Source: Thermoplasmata archaeon (GTDB lineage Archaea > Thermoplasmatota > Thermoplasmata > Lutacidiplasmatales > UBA184). Taken from it: DNA of 64,000 nucleotides. Location of the stretch: assembly GCA_021802125.1 (NCBI GenBank), contig JAKAAX010000007.1, forward strand, positions 8,983-72,982, given 5' to 3'. The notes beneath the pieces are model-generated. The model made no database searches and had not been told where the DNA came from. It saw only the letters and a program-made list of their open reading frames with translations. The translations under genes and the position numbers were made by a program. Positions 48,108-57,955 of the stretch are shown here, in pieces. Every line of letters starts with the position of its first letter. Within the stretch, counting starts at the first letter, position 1.

Positions 48108-48210
48108 CGCCGCCGCGCGGAGTTTCGGGTGAGCGCGTGGAGGCGCACACCGTTCGAACCGCGGACCTTTCGGTTAACAGCCGATCGCTCTGCCACTGAG
48201 CTACGGCGGC
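48108..48210 (-). tRNA. tRNA-Asn(GTT) with 31-nt intron in the T-loop (59/60), intron at 48122-48152
   Basis: Removing 48122-48152 restores the CGCGG-TTCGAAT-CCGCG T-arm, the GCCGCCG/CGGCGGC acceptor stem and a G discriminator; strict BHB motif at the junctions. Confidence 0.9.
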
Positions 48211-48239
48211 ACCGGTCGAGCCGACCCGAAGGAGGGTAT

Positions 48240-48656
48240 TTACCTTTCCCGCCGGGAAACCCCCGCGGCTACGACCCTCGGGGACGCCACTGGGGGGGGC
48301 GCGTTCTTCGCCCGGAACCCCGCGGCGCGTTCCTTCAGGTGCTGGATGATGCTGTTCATCTGGTCCAGCGATCGGTCCAGGTCCCTCCAGAACTCCTTCG
48401 ACTTCTCCGTGACGACCGCGCCTTCCGCCGAGGGTTCGATGACCCCCTGGCGTTCGAGGAGGTGGAGCGAGTAGCGGACCTTGTGGATGGGCAGCTTCAG
48501 CGCCTCGGAGAGACGGATGATGCCCATGGGGTGGTTGTCCGAGAGCCTCTCGAGGATGTCGACGTTCCGTGCCAGCAGCTCGAGCTCCGCCAGTATCCTG
48601 TCGACAAGAATCGTACCTTCCACTTCGTCTGGGAGCGGCTCTTCAGAGCTTGGCAT
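48240..48656 (-). CDS. Archaeal winged-HTH putative regulator
   Basis: PMGIIRLSEALKLPIHKVRYSLHLLERQGVIEPSAEGA; TTAAATA upstream. Confidence 0.8.
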   Translation of the reverse strand: MPSSEEPLPDEVEGTILVDRILAELELLARNVDILERLSDNHPMGIIRLSEALKLPIHKVRYSLHLLERQGVIEPSAEGAVVTEKSKEFWRDLDRSLDQMNSIIQHLKERAAGFRAKNAPPPVASPRVVAAGVSRRER

Positions 48657-49054
48657 GCTACACCGTCTCCGGGGAGGCGGGCGCTCCTATTTAATGGGTT
48701 GTTCTTCCGGTTTAAACCCAGATTCCCGCCGTCAGCCAGTTGGGGGCGCCCCCTCTCCCGAGACGGATCATGAAGGAGCTCGAGGGCGGTTCAGGGCGCA
48801 AGGGAGGGCGACGACACCACCCACTTTCGGTTCACGGCCCGGATCCTGGCGTTCAGGGGCGCGACGCTGCATTCATTCCGGGGTTCTCCGCTGAGTCGCG
48901 AGTTGCCTAACTGCCAAATTGCAGGTTACAGAACCTTGTCACCGCGAAAGGTCCTACGGCGTTGAGGAAGACCCCTGCGGAATCCTCCTCGAGAGCGCGC
49001 TCGCAAGCATGGTTTATACTGACGCCGCCCATTCGATGTTGAGGATTTTTCAGA

Positions 49055-49651
49055 ATGAAATTTTGCCCCAAGTGTGGTTTGGCCGGCGATGACGACCATG
49101 CGTACTGTCTGAAGTGCGGTCGTGCGTTCCCAACGGCCCCGACCGCAACGAGCGACGGATCGCCGGGAGGCGCTTCACTCCCGCCCCCATCTCCCGCTCC
49201 GTCGCCACCTCCTCCAGCCCCGGCGCCACAACCCTACATTCTCGCCACACCGTTGTACGGGCCCGCCCCACAGACCGTCTTTCTCCAACCCACTCATCAC
49301 GAATCGCACGTAGGGGTCATCGTGGTGGTCACCATCCTGGTCCTCTTCCTGGTCTTCCTGTTCTACCCGCTCCCATTTTCATTCTCCATCATCAACCCGG
49401 GCAGCCTATCGACCAGCCAGTGCCACGCCCGGACCTTCGATTCCGGGGTAGGAGTCGCCTTCCACTGGTCCACCGGGGACGGCGCCACGGTTACCTTCAG
49501 CGTTGAGGACTCCTCTGGAAACGTGTTCTACTCCCAGAACGCGGCGAGCGGATCCGGGTCTTTCACATCAAACGGCCACAGCTACGACTTCTGCATGTAC
49601 GACTGGCTCGCCGATTCGGTGTCCGTTTCGGGAACTGCACCGATATTGTGA
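49055..49651 (+). CDS. Zinc-ribbon membrane protein with extracellular beta domain
   Basis: MKFCPKCG...YCLKCG, Pro-rich linker, one TM, beta-rich C-terminus; TTTATA upstream. Confidence 0.82.
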   Translation: MKFCPKCGLAGDDDHAYCLKCGRAFPTAPTATSDGSPGGASLPPPSPAPSPPPPAPAPQPYILATPLYGPAPQTVFLQPTHHESHVGVIVVVTILVLFLVFLFYPLPFSFSIINPGSLSTSQCHARTFDSGVGVAFHWSTGDGATVTFSVEDSSGNVFYSQNAASGSGSFTSNGHSYDFCMYDWLADSVSVSGTAPIL

Positions 49652-49852
49652 GAAGGGCTACGCGGCGGCGTGGTCAGAAGGCCGTGGCACTCCTCACGAG
49701 GCTTGACGCCCAGGAGTGGACATGATCGATCCGCGCCGAAGGCGAAAGCCCAATTCCACGCAGAACGGCGCAGGACCGACGCACCTCGCGGTGCTCTCGA
49801 CTTGACAGGATGAACCCTGACAATCGGGCTTGGTCGGGAAGGAGGTTCGGGA

Positions 49853-49926
49853 CGGGCCCGCCGGGATTCGAACCCGGGTCTGAGGCTCCGGAGGCCCCTG
49901 TGATATCCAAGCTATACTACGGGCCC
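49853..49926 (-). tRNA. tRNA-Arg(CCG)
   Basis: GGGCCCG acceptor, GGGGC-CT-CCG-GA-GCCTC anticodon arm, CCGGG-TTCGAAT-CCCGG T-arm. Confidence 0.92.
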
Positions 49927-50377
49927 ATCGATGCGTCCCAGGGAGATGTGGACTTGGTCCCTCTGACGAAGTGCTGTCTCCACGTCCGGTCGTGAAGCAA
50001 CGTCAGGGTCCTCCCGGGACCGTCTGAGGCTGGTGTCTGGTTCCTAGATTCCTCCCCCGTCGGGGCCCAGCGCACACTGCTCGAGTGTCTTGAACTCTTC
50101 TAACACCGGGTTAGCGGGGACCCCCTCGATTCCCTCCGCCTGGCCAAGAACCCCCCTCGGGCGCCCTCCGACATGGTCTAGGGATGCCTCAATGACCCGC
50201 TGCCAGCCTGGAGAAACTCCCGCAGTGCTCTGAGCTCGTCGCCCGAGCCCCGCTCTCGCGTCGCCCCCCACGACACTGCCCCCGACCGAACTCTCACGCT
50301 GAAGCGGGTCGCGGCGGCGCACACGCGGGTTCCTTCGTCTGCGAACGGCGGAACGAACGCATAGGTTCAAGGCGTCG

Positions 50378-51868
50378 GTGGTCGTTGCGCAGATCGTGGC
50401 CAAGATTTCCTGCGCAGGGTGTGGGACACGTGCCTCACCCTACCTCGGGAGGTACACCTATTGGTGTGTCCCGGACGCGGCGTTCCTCTGCCGTTCCTGT
50501 AGCCCTCGGATCAGGTCGACGAAGCGGCGGGAGTGCTCGCACTGCGGCTCGGTCGTCCGATTCTCCGGCTCGCTCTTCATCGCCATGGCCCTGCTCCTTG
50601 CCATAGCACCCTTGGGAGGTGGGCTTCCGGGAGCGTTGGACTACCCCACCCGTTCTACATGGCAGAACATGCCCTTCTCCACCGGGCCGTTCGTCCCCGG
50701 CAACTCGATCAAGATCCGCGGGACGATCGAGGGTCCACCGGGGGAAACGGTTCTGACAGGGACCTGGGACGGAGCCACCAGCGGCTTCGATTGGTCTGGA
50801 GGCAATTTCGCGGTCCTGGTAGGATCTACCTCCGTCCTTGTTGATCCGGCCTCCGCGATCGCGAACGACAACTTCTACGGGACCCCCCACAGTCTGAACC
50901 AGGACAACGAGCGGGAGTACTGGGCAGGCGATCAGATCACGGTGCTCGGGACCGTAGGCAGCCCCCTCAACGGAACTGCGCAACTCAGCGGGAACGTCAT
51001 CGCCCCGTACCCCTACAGCTTCCTGAACTGGGAGTGGCTCGCCTTCCCTCTGGGATGCGGGGTCGCCTCGATCGTCGGCCTCGGAGCGCTCGTCGCCGGC
51101 GTGGTGATCACTCGACGGCGCCTCGACATCATGAGAGCGAGGTGGGGTGACTCCGGTCCCAGGTTCTTCGGAGAGGCCACGACCCCGTTAGCGGGCCCTC
51201 TTCCGAGCTCGCTCACCCAGCCGCCGGCTTCAGGCGCGGACGAGACAGTCTGGGTGACCGGGGGCGTCTCGAGGGAGGCGGTCGACCGCGTGGCAGCATC
51301 CTACGCCACGTGGGCGGTTCGAACTCAACGGAGGCTGCTCCTCGGATCGATGCTTCTTGGAGCGCTCGGCGGGTTCGTCCTGGTCGGACAGATCGTGGTC
51401 GATCTGGGGCTGGGGTCGTTCTGGATCTGGGCGAGCGCGGGAGTGGTCGCCGGCGCGCTCGGAACGGCCGGTGGCGTCTTCGTCTGGAACCGTAGGGCCC
51501 AACGCGCTCGGAAGTTCTACTACGACCTCACCGCGGTGGGCCTCTCTAAGGACGGACTTCGCATCCGGACGCCGGGCGGGGTCGAGAAGTTCGACTGGTC
51601 CCAGGCGAAGCTCGGAGGGATGATCATGCCCGATGGTACATCGTCCATCGGCCTAGTCCCCTCAAGTGGCGGCGGGGGTTCGAAATGGTCCCAACTGATC
51701 CTCACCCGTGATCAGATGGCCGCCCTGGTCCGGTTCCCGGGACGCCCGCCCTGGAAGTTCTCAGAGCGCTTCCTCCGCGCGCTGGGGGTGCCACCCGAAG
51801 AGGTCCCGCGGTGGGCGCGCGATGATTCTGGGACGCCTGGGACCGACCAGAGGGGCCACGCAGGCTGA
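50378..51868 (+). CDS. Multi-domain membrane protein with Cys-rich N-terminus
   Basis: Three CxxC pairs, a TM, a beta-rich external domain and further TMs; start uncertain. Confidence 0.7.
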   Translation: MVVAQIVAKISCAGCGTRASPYLGRYTYWCVPDAAFLCRSCSPRIRSTKRRECSHCGSVVRFSGSLFIAMALLLAIAPLGGGLPGALDYPTRSTWQNMPFSTGPFVPGNSIKIRGTIEGPPGETVLTGTWDGATSGFDWSGGNFAVLVGSTSVLVDPASAIANDNFYGTPHSLNQDNEREYWAGDQITVLGTVGSPLNGTAQLSGNVIAPYPYSFLNWEWLAFPLGCGVASIVGLGALVAGVVITRRRLDIMRARWGDSGPRFFGEATTPLAGPLPSSLTQPPASGADETVWVTGGVSREAVDRVAASYATWAVRTQRRLLLGSMLLGALGGFVLVGQIVVDLGLGSFWIWASAGVVAGALGTAGGVFVWNRRAQRARKFYYDLTAVGLSKDGLRIRTPGGVEKFDWSQAKLGGMIMPDGTSSIGLVPSSGGGGSKWSQLILTRDQMAALVRFPGRPPWKFSERFLRALGVPPEEVPRWARDDSGTPGTDQRGHAG

Positions 51869-52410
51869 CCTCCCTGGACTGGAGGTAGGCAGCGAGGGGA
51901 TTGCCGCTGGACCCTCGACGGACCAACCCCACCACAGCTCGCTCGTGATGAGGAGTGAGGCTCGTGGCGTGTCCGGAATCGATCCCCGTGGTCACGGGGA
52001 AGGATGTGACGGAGCTGCACGAAAAACCTCAGTCCGACGGGCCGTCTCGGAAAAGCGGCCCTCGTTGGAACGGGTCCCGCGAACCGCACCGCAAGCTTCG
52101 GCCGCCGACCCGGGCTGGCGAGGGGTAGATGTTTGCGCAAACTCCGGACGGGAACGGGCCGACAAGGACCCGAGGTTCGGTGTCCGCGCCGATGGGCGCG
52201 CCACGACCCGCATCTGCGCGCTCGAGCGGGTACGGTCGCTCCTGAATCAGCGCCAAGGCCGTTCTAGCCCCCCGCGCAGGCTGCTCTCGCCTGGTGCGGA
52301 CTGGTTCGGTGGGCCGCGGACCCCAGGCGGGCGTCCGGGGGCGAGGAACCCCCATGAACCGTCTTGAGAGAGCCTTTAGCGCGAATCCGCTTCCCGCTAC
52401 ACAGGCGAGC

Positions 52411-53268
52411 ATGGCGACGCTTCGACCGACGTCCCTCCCGCCCCGCGTCGGTGAGGGCCCCACGCTAACGACCGAAGGCCCGTCCGAGCTCCAGAGGAAC
52501 CAGGTCCACACCCTGGACTGCCTGGAGGGCATGGCCAGGCTCACGGCCTCCTCCGTCGACGTGATCGTCACCTCTCCGCCCTACAACATCGGCAAGCCCT
52601 ACCACACGTACGACGACTCGCGCCCCCGGGAGGAGTACCTCGACTGGCTCGAGAGGGTGGCCGTCGCCGCGAAGCGGGTGCTCGCCGACGAAGGGTCGTT
52701 CTTCCTCAACATGGGAGGCAAGCCGTCGGACCAGGGGATCCCCCTCGAGGTGGTCGACCGGTTCCGGAGGCACTTCACGCTCCAGAACACCATCGTCTGG
52801 GTCAAGTCGGTGGCCGTCCACGACACCCTCGCCGTCGGCCATTACCAGCCGACGAACAGCGTGCGGTACCTGAACGGCTGCCACGAGTTCATCTTCCACC
52901 TCACGAAGTCCGGGGTCGTCCCCCTGGACAAGCTCGCCGTGGGGGTCCCCTACCAGGACAAGAGCAACATCGGACGGTGGGAGGCGGCCAAGAAGGACCT
53001 GAGGGACCGCGGGTCGACCTGGTTCATCCCCTACGATACGATCCAGGAGTCGCGGCCCCACCCCGCGGTCTTTCCCCCGAAGCTGCCGGAGATGTGCGTG
53101 CGCCTGCACGGGGTCCGCCCGAGCATGCTGGTGCTGGACCCGTTCATGGGAACGGGCTCGACCGCGCTCGCCTGCCATCGCCTGGGCGTGGACTACCTGG
53201 GCTTCGAGGTGGACCCGAAGTACGTCGAGATCGCCCGGGAGAACCTCTCCCAGCTCATCCCCCGATGA
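52411..53268 (+). CDS. Site-specific DNA methyltransferase (N4-C/N6-A, beta class)
   Basis: TSPPYN precedes HPAVFP and DPFMGTGST. Confidence 0.9.
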   Translation: MATLRPTSLPPRVGEGPTLTTEGPSELQRNQVHTLDCLEGMARLTASSVDVIVTSPPYNIGKPYHTYDDSRPREEYLDWLERVAVAAKRVLADEGSFFLNMGGKPSDQGIPLEVVDRFRRHFTLQNTIVWVKSVAVHDTLAVGHYQPTNSVRYLNGCHEFIFHLTKSGVVPLDKLAVGVPYQDKSNIGRWEAAKKDLRDRGSTWFIPYDTIQESRPHPAVFPPKLPEMCVRLHGVRPSMLVLDPFMGTGSTALACHRLGVDYLGFEVDPKYVEIARENLSQLIPR

Positions 53269-53989
53269 GGGAGTCCCCTTCGAGGGAGGGGCCCCGGCCG
53301 GCCCTGGGCGCGTGAGCCGGCTCTCCCTGCGCGGGCACCCACGGGCCGGGGAGCGCGGAGCTTGCGCCCCAGTGCTCCGCGAGACGGGCCTCGATCCGCA
53401 CCAGCATGACCGAGAGGCTGCCCTTGTCCACGCCGAGGTCGTGGGCGAGCTGGGTCAGCGAGATGCGACGGGGGAACGCGTAGTAGCCGAGTTGGACCGC
53501 GCGGCGGAAGACCTCGGCCTGCCGCGGGGTGAACTGCGAGCCGGTAGGGTAGGCCCGGGAGGTCAGCACGGCCAGCACCCGGCTCCCTGGGAGGCGAGCC
53601 TCGACCAAGGCGAGCGACCGGCGGGAGATGCGCTGGAGGCCGAGCACCTCCCAGTAGGCGCGTCCGTCCTGGAGCGCGAACGGGTACCGAGGGACCATGC
53701 CGGTCTCCTCGAGAAGAGGCACCAGGACGAGGTGCCGGTACTCGACACGAAGGAGGGCCCCGGACCGTCCCGCCTCCATGATGCGCACCTCCTGGACGCT
53801 CGGGTCGTGCTGGAGGAAGGTGCGGAGCTCCTCGTTGGGCACGCCCTGTCCGGCGATGTGCGCGATGGAGCGGCCGGACCGCAGGCCCTGGAGCGCCATC
53901 ACCCAGAACGTGGTGTCGGGGAAGCGCCGGCTCATCCGGGAGAGCCAGTAGTCGGCCGGAAGCTGGAGCTCGATGCGAACGATCGGCAT
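53255..53989 (-). CDS. Bat-like HTH_10 transcriptional regulator
   Basis: FTPRQAEVFRRAVQLGYYAFPRRISLTQLAHDLGV. Confidence 0.88.
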   Translation of the reverse strand: MPIVRIELQLPADYWLSRMSRRFPDTTFWVMALQGLRSGRSIAHIAGQGVPNEELRTFLQHDPSVQEVRIMEAGRSGALLRVEYRHLVLVPLLEETGMVPRYPFALQDGRAYWEVLGLQRISRRSLALVEARLPGSRVLAVLTSRAYPTGSQFTPRQAEVFRRAVQLGYYAFPRRISLTQLAHDLGVDKGSLSVMLVRIEARLAEHWGASSALPGPWVPAQGEPAHAPRAGRGPSLEGDSLIGG

Positions 53990-53997
53990 CCGGAGCG

Positions 53998-55956
53998 CTA
54001 CCCTCCCCCGGTTCCGAGGTCACCCGAGGCGGACCGGACCCCTGCCGCGGAGGAGCGGAGCTGGGAGAGGCCCACACGGGTGACCATCCCCACGATGTGG
54101 ACGAAAGGCTCGTGCCCGAGGACGGCCGCGACCTCTACGCCGCGCTGTTCCAGCATCGACAGGGCCTCCGCGGCCGAGGCGTACTCCGGGACGAGCACCT
54201 CGAAGGGACGGACCAGTTCCCCCACCCGCCGCTCGGCCCGCTCGTCCTCCGGCACGTGCAGCAGGTCGCTGACCTTGACGATCCCCTGCCAGACCTGCCC
54301 GAGCTTCACCGGGAAGAGGTACTGCTCCGTGTTGGCCGCGATCTCGAGGGCCTCGCGGACGCTCGCACCGGGCGGCAGGTGGGTCATCTCCGGCCGCGTC
54401 AGGGCGAGGACCGGCACCTCCGAGAGCAGGAGCCGGCGGTACTCGTCGCGGTGCGCGGGGCTCCGCAGGCGCGTCGACACCTGCTCGGAGTACAGGTGGT
54501 TGCTCCCGGTCATCAGGTAGGCGATGAAGATCGCGAGCATCGCGGGGAGGAGGAGGCTGTAGCTGCCCGCCATCTCCACGACCATCACGAGCACCGCCAG
54601 AGGAGCCTTCGAGATCCCCCCGAAGAAGGCCATCATCCCCACGATGACGAAGGCCGCGACGTCCTGCGACGGGACCAGCGACGGGGAGAGGAGGTGGAAG
54701 AGCCCGCCGATGACCGTGCCGAGCAGGGCCCCCACCACGACGCTGGTCCCGAAGAGCCCCGCGCTCCCCCCGCTCCCGACGGTGAGCGAGGTGGTCAGCA
54801 TCCGTAACACCACGGCCACCCCGATGGTGAGCAGGGCCAGGGGCCCGAAGACCCCGAGCGAGCCCACCTGGCCCAGCATCGCGGCCTGGACGAACCCGTA
54901 CCCGACGTTGATGGCGGCGAGCGCGGCGTAGTGGTCCTCGGCCGGAAGGGCGAAGTAGACCACGAGCACCAGCACCCCCGCGGAGACGGCCCCGAGCCCC
55001 GCGCGGAGGCTCAGAGGGAGCCCGCTCTTCGAGAACCACGACTCCGTACGCCGGTACATCTGGACGAAGCCCACCCCCACGCCCGCACAGACGAGGCCGA
55101 GCAACGCGTAGAGCGGGATCTGCGGGACGGTCCAGAGCGTCCCCCCCGGCGAGGCGAAGATGCTCTGGAACCCGAAGAGCGAACCGTAGATCGAGTAGCT
55201 GACCACGGAGGAGATGATCGCGGGGACGAAGACGACCGGCTCGAAGTCCCCCGTGTAGAAGATCTCTGCCGCGTAGATGGCTCCTCCCAGAGGGGCCCGG
55301 AAGATCGCGCCCACCCCGGCGCCGAGACCGGAGGCCAGGGCGATCCTCCTCTCGCTTGGCGAGAGGCCGAGCGCGTCCGCCCAGAGCGACCCGAACCCTC
55401 CTCCGACCTGGCTGACCGGTCCTTCCCTCCCGCCGGCGCCCCCCGTCCCCAGGGTGATGGAGCTCGCCAGCACCTTCAGGAGCGGCACCCGGTACCGGAT
55501 GCGTCCCTCCTTCTGGTGGAACGCCCGGATCGTCTGGTCCGTCCCATGACCGGCGATCTCGGGAGCGAACCACTGGGCGATGGCGCCCGAGGCGACCCCG
55601 CCCAGACCCATCACCAAGGGCAGCAGCAGGATGCGCGGGAAGGAGCTCGGCCAGGTGACCTGCAGTCCCCCGGCCAAGGGGTACTGGATCCCGACGATGA
55701 GGTCCAGGAAGAAATAGGTCGAGAGCAGCCAGAGGGAGTAGAACATCACCGCGCCGACGCCGGCGACGACCCCGATCGGAACGGCGATCAGCGCCCACCG
55801 GGCGAGGTCCCTCGAGACCTTCCCCCATCCCTTGAGGTCCGAGCTCCACGCCCCTCCCCACCGCTTGCGGAGATCGGCGAGCGAGGCTTCGACCCAGTGC
55901 GGCAGGCCGTGGCCCAGGGGCTTCTCCGCCTCCCCATCCTCCCTTCCGCCGATCAT
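53998..55956 (-). CDS. CLC chloride channel/antiporter with CBS domains
   Basis: GHGTD, GREGP, FRAPLGG, GGSAGLF and a C-terminal CBS pair. Confidence 0.92.
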   Translation of the reverse strand: MIGGREDGEAEKPLGHGLPHWVEASLADLRKRWGGAWSSDLKGWGKVSRDLARWALIAVPIGVVAGVGAVMFYSLWLLSTYFFLDLIVGIQYPLAGGLQVTWPSSFPRILLLPLVMGLGGVASGAIAQWFAPEIAGHGTDQTIRAFHQKEGRIRYRVPLLKVLASSITLGTGGAGGREGPVSQVGGGFGSLWADALGLSPSERRIALASGLGAGVGAIFRAPLGGAIYAAEIFYTGDFEPVVFVPAIISSVVSYSIYGSLFGFQSIFASPGGTLWTVPQIPLYALLGLVCAGVGVGFVQMYRRTESWFSKSGLPLSLRAGLGAVSAGVLVLVVYFALPAEDHYAALAAINVGYGFVQAAMLGQVGSLGVFGPLALLTIGVAVVLRMLTTSLTVGSGGSAGLFGTSVVVGALLGTVIGGLFHLLSPSLVPSQDVAAFVIVGMMAFFGGISKAPLAVLVMVVEMAGSYSLLLPAMLAIFIAYLMTGSNHLYSEQVSTRLRSPAHRDEYRRLLLSEVPVLALTRPEMTHLPPGASVREALEIAANTEQYLFPVKLGQVWQGIVKVSDLLHVPEDERAERRVGELVRPFEVLVPEYASAAEALSMLEQRGVEVAAVLGHEPFVHIVGMVTRVGLSQLRSSAAGVRSASGDLGTGGG

Positions 55957-56449
55957 CTACGCCCCGGCCGGGTCACGCCTCGCTTTGGGCGATTGCCCGA
56001 CGCGGGTGCCTGGGACGCCCCGCTCGTCGAACGGGGGCGGCGGGAGATGGTCCCGCGACCCAGACCGCAACCCGCGTAACGACCCGCTCCCGTACGGGAC
56101 CGGCCCAGGGCCCCAGGCTTCAAGCGACCGCCATCCAACATGTTGGACCTTATGCCTTTGCTTCCACCCGCCTACGGCCGCCGATGTTGTCCGCGAAAGG
56201 GAGCCGACCCGTTCCCTTCGCGCCTCTGACGCACCCACGGCAGGTCGACCGCCCCTCCGGGGCTCGGAGTCGACGCGGCGTGCAGGGAGGCTCAGACCTT
56301 CACCACCCGACGGGGACGACGGCGCGCCCCCTGCGTGCGCCACGCGATCCCGCTCTGTCTCTCAGGCCACGAGAGAGCTACCCACGAGATGGGTCGCCGC
56401 GATCGATCGCGCTCCTCCCGCCCTCGACCGAACGGCGGGGAGTGGCCCC

Positions 56450-57265
56450 ATGATGACGAACCGGATGCGGTCGCCGAAGGCCCGGGACCACGTCCACGAC
56501 CAGCTCACCGCCATCACCTTCGACCTGTGGGGAACGCTGCTCCACCTCTCTCCCCGCAACGCCGCCCGGTACGAGGAGGAGCGGGAGAGGATCTGGCTCG
56601 ACTCGGCCAGGTCCTGGCCGCGCGTCGAGGGCGTGGAGCCCGCGAAGGGCTCGGAAGAGGAGGCGCGGGCCCAGGTCGTCCAAGAGACCCGCAAGGAGGC
56701 CACGCTCGGCCGCACGAGGTCCGTGGAGGCTCAGGGTCACCGCTTGGCCGAGCTCCTGGGGCGGGAGTACCACCCGGGCTGCGTCTCGCGACAGCTGGAC
56801 CCGCTGGTCCGACGTCTCCCGGTGCGCATCGAGCCCGCGGACCGGAGGACCCTTGCGGAGCTGGAGCGGTCCGGCCTTCGCCTGGGGGTGGTCTCGAACC
56901 TCCTCTTCGAGCCGGCCGAGAGCGTCCGGGCCCTTCTCGCCGAGCACCACCTCCTGCGCTTCTTCCATCACGTCTCGTTGAGCGAGGAGCTCCCCTGGTG
57001 CAAGCCCTCCCCCCGGATCTTCCAGGACTGCCTGGAGGAGCTCGGGGTCCCGGCGTGCCATGCCGCGCACGTGGGAGACTCGGAAGAGGACGTGACGGGA
57101 GCCACGCGTGAAGGGTACGGAGCGGTCGGGTTCATCGGATCGACACGGCGCACGGTCCCCCGCGCGGGAGGGCCCTCCGCATCCTCCTCTCGCCGAGCCG
57201 CGCGCCCCCGCTGCGTCCACCTGGGCAGCGTGAGCGAGCTGACCCAGAAGCTTCTCAAGGTGTAG
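56450..57265 (+). CDS. HAD-superfamily hydrolase
   Basis: TFDLWGTLL, VVSN, KPSPRIF, HVGDSEED; start uncertain. Confidence 0.85.
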   Translation: MMTNRMRSPKARDHVHDQLTAITFDLWGTLLHLSPRNAARYEEERERIWLDSARSWPRVEGVEPAKGSEEEARAQVVQETRKEATLGRTRSVEAQGHRLAELLGREYHPGCVSRQLDPLVRRLPVRIEPADRRTLAELERSGLRLGVVSNLLFEPAESVRALLAEHHLLRFFHHVSLSEELPWCKPSPRIFQDCLEELGVPACHAAHVGDSEEDVTGATREGYGAVGFIGSTRRTVPRAGGPSASSSRRAARPRCVHLGSVSELTQKLLKV

Positions 57266-57445
57266 CGCACCGTTCTGTGCCGCGCCGCCCAGCCCTGCAC
57301 CTGGCTCCGGGCGTTGTCCGCCTCCCTCGACCCATCCTCCTCGGAGCGAGCCCGCTCGGCGGACCCCTCCGCGGCCCCTCCTCGCGGCTCGTGCCCGCGA
57401 AAATAGTGAGGAGCCGTAATATACGGAGCCGAACGTCCATGCGAC

Positions 57446-57955
57446 ATGTCCGCCGCGGCGCTACGGGCAAAGCCTCGTGGGAAGCCGCGCGAGGAGCCCC
57501 AGCCCGCCACCTGGGGGCCCTTCGACGACTACCGGTGCGCGCACCACACGTTCCGTCGGGTCCTCGGCCGCATCCTCGGTCCCTTCGAGCTCGCGGTGTC
57601 GGACTACACCGCGCTCCGCCTCGCGAGCGCGGACCCGGTCCGGCCGTCCTTCCTGAGCGCGCATCTGGGGATCTCCCCGGCGGCGACGACGGAGGTCCTC
57701 GACCGTCTCGAGGCACGAGGGCTCGTGCGGAGGGAGCGCGACCCCACCGACCGGAGGGCCGTCGCGGTGAGCCTGACCGAGAACGGGGCGAAGCTCTACC
57801 GCCGCGCCTCCCAGGCCCATCGCGCCTTCCTCGACTCGCTCGCTCGTGACATGCGCCCCCACGAACTGGAGGCGCTCCGGTCCGGTTCCCTGGAGCTGCG
57901 TCGGGTGCTCGAGGAACGGTCGCGGGAGTTGGACCTGGACCCGAAGGAGACCTGA
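57446..57955 (+). CDS. MarR-family regulator
   Basis: VLDRLEARGLVRRERDPTDRRAVAVSLTENG. Confidence 0.9.
   Translation: MSAAALRAKPRGKPREEPQPATWGPFDDYRCAHHTFRRVLGRILGPFELAVSDYTALRLASADPVRPSFLSAHLGISPAATTEVLDRLEARGLVRRERDPTDRRAVAVSLTENGAKLYRRASQAHRAFLDSLARDMRPHELEALRSGSLELRRVLEERSRELDLDPKET

Noticed and set aside
48150..48210. 3'-truncated tRNA-Asn or att-site remnant
   Set aside because: The missing 3' end is present 31 nt downstream, beyond a BHB intron.
55957..56200. Fluoride riboswitch upstream of the CLC gene
   Set aside because: No convincing crcB consensus, and the CLC lacks the fluoride-type GREGT signature (it has GREGP).
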